Virus record (IMG/VR): IMGVR_UViG_3300031740_000001
Source: a virus
Taxonomy: Duplodnaviria > Heunggongvirae > Uroviricota > Caudoviricetes
Length of the DNA: 64,000 nt
Reading direction: 5' to 3' (one strand)
The stretch's first letter is position 1. Each line of letters begins with the position of its first letter. Below, piece after piece: positions 60,808-64,000 of this stretch. Under the pieces are notes generated by a model, which worked only from the letters and a program-made list of their open reading frames with translations, was not told the DNA's origin and searched no databases. A program made the position numbers and the translations under genes.

Positions 60808-63066
60808 ATGACGCATCCGATTGACACTGCGTATGTGGACATTGTGCTCGTCGATAAATCGCTGGAAAAGCTGCAGCGTGACATCGACAAGGCAATGAAA
60901 CAGATGGAAAAAGATGCTGAAAAGGATCTTAAAAAGCTTGACAAAGATTTCGATGACGCGTTTGCTGAAATCGATAAGCATTTTGCAGACATGGAGAAAA
61001 CTGCCGAAAAAACTTGGCGCGAACAAGAACATATTGCTCGAAGCGCTTTTGACAATATCAAGCATAAATTTGAGGAAACTTCGCATTTCTTCCGTAACAT
61101 CTTCACGGGTTTTGGTGACGATTCAGACAGATCATTTAGGCGGATCCGTCAGCGATTTCTTGAGCCTCTAGTAGACGGCCTACAAAAAGCAGGATTGACG
61201 TTAGCGGATCTCGGCCGATCTATGGTGCAGCTGGTATCTGGTGTGGGTGGGGCGATTGGTTCCAACCCTCTGGCTGCTCTTATCATCATTCTGATCCCGC
61301 CGATCATTGCGCTTGCTGGTGCACTGAGTCAGCTCATCGGCCTGGTCGCCTTGTTACCAGCGGGCCTTAGCGTTCTGCTCGCGGCGATTTTGCCAGTAGT
61401 TGTCGCCTTCCAAGGGTTTGGAGAAGCAGTAAGCGCACTAGCGAGCGGCGATATCGATAAGATTAATGAAGCGCTCAAAAAGCTCTCACCTTCTGCCGCG
61501 TCTGTCGCGCGAGAAGTGGCGGCTCTGCTGCCTATGCTGAAATCATTTCAGCGAGTAGTGCAAGAAGCCTTCTTTTCCCAGGTCAAGGGTGACTTTACTA
61601 ATGTGGTCCGGACCCTTTTCCCTCTTATGGAGAAGGGTTTTGTTACGGTCGCTTCAGCAGTAGGCAAACTGGTTTCCAGTTTTGCCGACCTGCTGACCAA
61701 AGCAAGCTCTTTGCAGACTTTTCGAGAAATATTCGCGACGACTGGCCGAATCATTGAAAAGCTGACTCCATCCTTCGTAAAGTTTGCAGACATGCTGCTG
61801 GGTACAGTCCACGCTGCGCTGCCGTTTATCGAACGCATTGCAGTGGCCTTCGGCAAGGCACTTGACACGTTTAGCGCATTCGTCAATAAATCGATGGAAA
61901 CCGGGGATTTCAACCAATTCATTGAAGATGCAATTACTACTGTCAAGGAACTGATTGACCTAGGCAAGGCACTCGGGAAAGTGCTTGGCACTCTTTTCGC
62001 TGGCACTGAGGAATCCGGCCATGGACTGATAAAGACGCTTACGGACGTTTTGCTCAAACTTGATGCATTCTTGAAGACTGCTGAAGGACAAGATGCCATC
62101 AAATTACTAGTTATATCCGTCGAGGCGTTCGGTATTGCACTTTTCGCGACTCTCCAGACTCTCATCTTCTTCTGGCGCGTCTTCGAAAATACGCTGACTT
62201 TTCTGGAAAAAGTCGGTCGCGGATTCATCAGCTTTGTCACCACGATCGGCGAATGGCTAGGCAAAATCCCTGGCTTCATTACGGAGTTCATTAGCGGAAT
62301 TCCTGAAATGGTGGCAGGATTTTTCCAGTCAATGATTGATCGCGCACTTCAAGTCATCGGTATCGGTATCGGTCTCATTCTCTTTGCCGTATTCGAGTTG
62401 CCGAAGCAAATTATTAGCGCGATTGAGAATCTACCAGAGCAAATTTACAACGCGCTGGTAACTATTGGTCCTCTTGTTGTTGGAATCTTCAGCGATGCCT
62501 TGACGGCAGCCAAAAACTTTGTGGTTAACGGGTTCAATGAAATCATGGATTTCATTACCTCTGTGCCCGATCGGATCAAGAGCCTTATCCCGAGCTTCGG
62601 AAATGCTGGCCATAACCTGATCGAGTCGTTCATGAACGGATTCCGGTCTGTAGGCAGCTTTATCGGCGATATTGCGGGCGATATCGTCAACTCCGTGAAG
62701 GGATTCTTGAACAAGGCGATCGACAAGATCAACTCAGGCATAGCGATGGTTGACAACATCTTGCCTGGTGATCTAGGCCGTATTCCACGGCTAGCAGAAG
62801 GCGCGCTGATCCGTGCGCGTCCAGGCGGCATCCTCGCTAACGTTGGTGAAGGTAATGAAGATGAAGTTGTCGCGCCGTTGTCCAAGCTCGAAGGCTTGTT
62901 AGGCGGTGGGCCGACAATCACGTTTGGCCCTGGTTCGGTGAGCGTGAACTTCTCCGGGGTGGTGCCAACGATGGAGGAAGCGCGGCAAGTGGGTACCGCC
63001 GTGGGCGAAGGCATCGTAAACTTGATCAGCAGGCGGAACACTCGCGCGCAGGTGAGGGCGATCTGA
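60808..63066 (+). CDS. tape measure protein
   Basis: 752 aa. It has an N-terminal K/D/E-rich coiled coil, multiple central hydrophobic TM-like segments and a Gly-rich C-terminus. It is in the canonical position after the chaperone. Confidence 0.65.
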   Translation: MTHPIDTAYVDIVLVDKSLEKLQRDIDKAMKQMEKDAEKDLKKLDKDFDDAFAEIDKHFADMEKTAEKTWREQEHIARSAFDNIKHKFEETSHFFRNIFTGFGDDSDRSFRRIRQRFLEPLVDGLQKAGLTLADLGRSMVQLVSGVGGAIGSNPLAALIIILIPPIIALAGALSQLIGLVALLPAGLSVLLAAILPVVVAFQGFGEAVSALASGDIDKINEALKKLSPSAASVAREVAALLPMLKSFQRVVQEAFFSQVKGDFTNVVRTLFPLMEKGFVTVASAVGKLVSSFADLLTKASSLQTFREIFATTGRIIEKLTPSFVKFADMLLGTVHAALPFIERIAVAFGKALDTFSAFVNKSMETGDFNQFIEDAITTVKELIDLGKALGKVLGTLFAGTEESGHGLIKTLTDVLLKLDAFLKTAEGQDAIKLLVISVEAFGIALFATLQTLIFFWRVFENTLTFLEKVGRGFISFVTTIGEWLGKIPGFITEFISGIPEMVAGFFQSMIDRALQVIGIGIGLILFAVFELPKQIISAIENLPEQIYNALVTIGPLVVGIFSDALTAAKNFVVNGFNEIMDFITSVPDRIKSLIPSFGNAGHNLIESFMNGFRSVGSFIGDIAGDIVNSVKGFLNKAIDKINSGIAMVDNILPGDLGRIPRLAEGALIRARPGGILANVGEGNEDEVVAPLSKLEGLLGGGPTITFGPGSVSVNFSGVVPTMEEARQVGTAVGEGIVNLISRRNTRAQVRAI

Positions 63067-63506
63067 TGCCGAAAAAAGGACAAATTACAGTTGTCGACGG
63101 AGACACTAAAATTTGTCGTACCTGCGGAAAAGAAAAGACAATTAACAAGTTCCGTTTACGTGCTGACAAAAGGGCTACACGTCCACATTGCAATACTTGT
63201 TTAAATGCACGAGCGAATAGAAGCACTCCCGGCTACGAAGCGCGCACTAAGTATCAAATTCGTAAAAAATATGATATGAGCATGGAAGATTTCAATAATT
63301 TAGTTGAGCAACAACAAGGTACTTGCGCTATTTGTTTAAAATCCTCGAAAATTGAGGATCGACGTTTGTATGTGGATCATTGCCATAAAACTGGAAGAAT
63401 TCGCGGGCTACTTTGTAATACCTGTAATGCAAGATTGGGGCAATTTTCAGATAGTCTAATTTTGCTGGAAGCAGCAGCGGCCTATCTCCGGAAGAATGGC
63501 GGTTAG
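63066..63506 (+). CDS. HNH homing endonuclease
   Basis: CRTCGKEK...HCNTCLN...CAICL...LYVDHCHKTGRIRGLLCNTCN. The gene is strongly AT-rich relative to its neighbours. ATGA coupling to the tape measure gene. Confidence 0.75.
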   Translation: MPKKGQITVVDGDTKICRTCGKEKTINKFRLRADKRATRPHCNTCLNARANRSTPGYEARTKYQIRKKYDMSMEDFNNLVEQQQGTCAICLKSSKIEDRRLYVDHCHKTGRIRGLLCNTCNARLGQFSDSLILLEAAAAYLRKNGG

Positions 63507-64000
63507 GACGTTGGGAAATTACAACCCGCACGCGCCCTACATCATCGGTGAAGAGTGGGTACCGATCCGAGACGCGAGCTACACGCCAGAAGAGTTCGTT
63601 GAACGTGGGTATACGTTCCGAATTGATCATTCAGCTACGCCAGTCACTGGCGCGTACTACGTGGTTGAGGTGCCGCAAAATCGCGTCAACCAAGCATGCG
63701 ACTTGATCTCTGTCTACCCGATCGACCAAGAGCAGCTCAGTGGACCGATCAAAAAGATCAACATTCCCGTGTCGGCAATCTCAGTGAGCGGAACTTCGTT
63801 CAACTCATCGTCTGGTTATCAGGCTCTCTTGAATCCTTCTGATGACACGTCGATCCGCTTCAACGCACCTTCTGACTCCAACTCCTACCTAGCAATCAGT
63901 TTTGACTTTGCTTCATATTCCCAGCAGCTTATGGGAAAACGAATTCTTGATGTTTCGATTCGGTATTCGCTCGCTACAGGTAGTACAACAAGCGGAGGAA
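63496..64000 (+). CDS. tail protein (distal tail protein candidate), 5' portion only; it runs off the window
   Basis: The ORF is open to the window end. It lies in the position after the tape measure protein and the HNH insertion. Confidence 0.4.
   Translation, partial: MAVRTLGNYNPHAPYIIGEEWVPIRDASYTPEEFVERGYTFRIDHSATPVTGAYYVVEVPQNRVNQACDLISVYPIDQEQLSGPIKKINIPVSAISVSGTSFNSSSGYQALLNPSDDTSIRFNAPSDSNSYLAISFDFASYSQQLMGKRILDVSIRYSLATGSTTSGG

Noticed and set aside
1-64000. Integrase/attP, reverse transcriptase (retron/DGR), or an obvious toxin-antitoxin or CBASS-like operon
   Set aside because: No tyrosine- or serine-recombinase motifs, no YxDD RT motifs, and no cyclase or effector pairs were recognised in any frame. 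tRNA-like 3' fragments exist, but without an adjacent integrase they were not called att sites.

Overview
This is a high-GC (roughly 60-65%) DNA segment organised like a siphovirus-type actinobacteriophage or prophage. A WhiB-like gene, several extended -10 promoters and high GC3 content point to an Actinobacteria host. It contains, in order:
- (i) 0.2-4.0 kb, + strand: a sugar-epimerase plus three-glycosyltransferase cassette, interrupted by an AT-rich GIY-YIG-like insertion.
- (ii) 4.0-16.6 kb, - strand: a WhiB regulator followed by a replication and recombination module. It holds a DUF932-like protein, an SSB-like protein, a Sak4-like ATPase, a Cas4-like nuclease, an SNF2 helicase, a RuvC-like resolvase, a family A DNA polymerase, an HNH endonuclease and a dCMP deaminase.
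- (iii) 16.9-18.26 kb: a 1.35-kb non-coding locus with one canonical tRNA-Met(CAU) and at least four degenerate tRNA-like modules. These sit in tandemly repeated units that also carry hairpins showing compensatory stem changes.
- (iv) 19.26-22.1 kb: a prim-pol/D5-type primase-helicase with its own terminator.
- (v) 22.5-23.06 kb: a 560-bp AT-rich region with 11-bp-phased iterons, inverted operator-like repeats and a polypurine tract. It is a candidate origin of replication or immunity/control region.
- (vi) 23-43 kb, + strand: more than 45 small genes, many Cys-rich or tiny membrane peptides. At least ten are preceded by a near-identical promoter cassette (extended -10, TTTAG box, purine-rich leader). 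GAAA-tetraloop hairpins, a tRNA-Lys(UUU) and a tRNA-like minihelix are interspersed.
- (vii) 38.6-64 kb: the virion module. It holds the large terminase, portal, a MuF-like protein with a long C-terminal extension, and a 1244-aa protein ending in an ADP-ribosyltransferase domain (R / S-T-S / E-x-E). It also holds a 2H-phosphoesterase (LigT-like) fused to a putative prohead protease or scaffold, a major capsid protein with an N-terminal delta domain, neck and tail proteins, a tail chaperone with a candidate -1 frameshift, a tape measure protein, an HNH insertion and a partial distal tail gene.

The most unusual features are the capsid-module enzymatic payload (ADP-ribosyltransferase, 2H phosphoesterase, MuF extension), the repeated promoter cassette, and the tRNA-like repeat locus.

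No tools were run. All coordinates come from reading the sequence by hand and may be off by 1-3 nt. Family assignments rest on motif recognition only.
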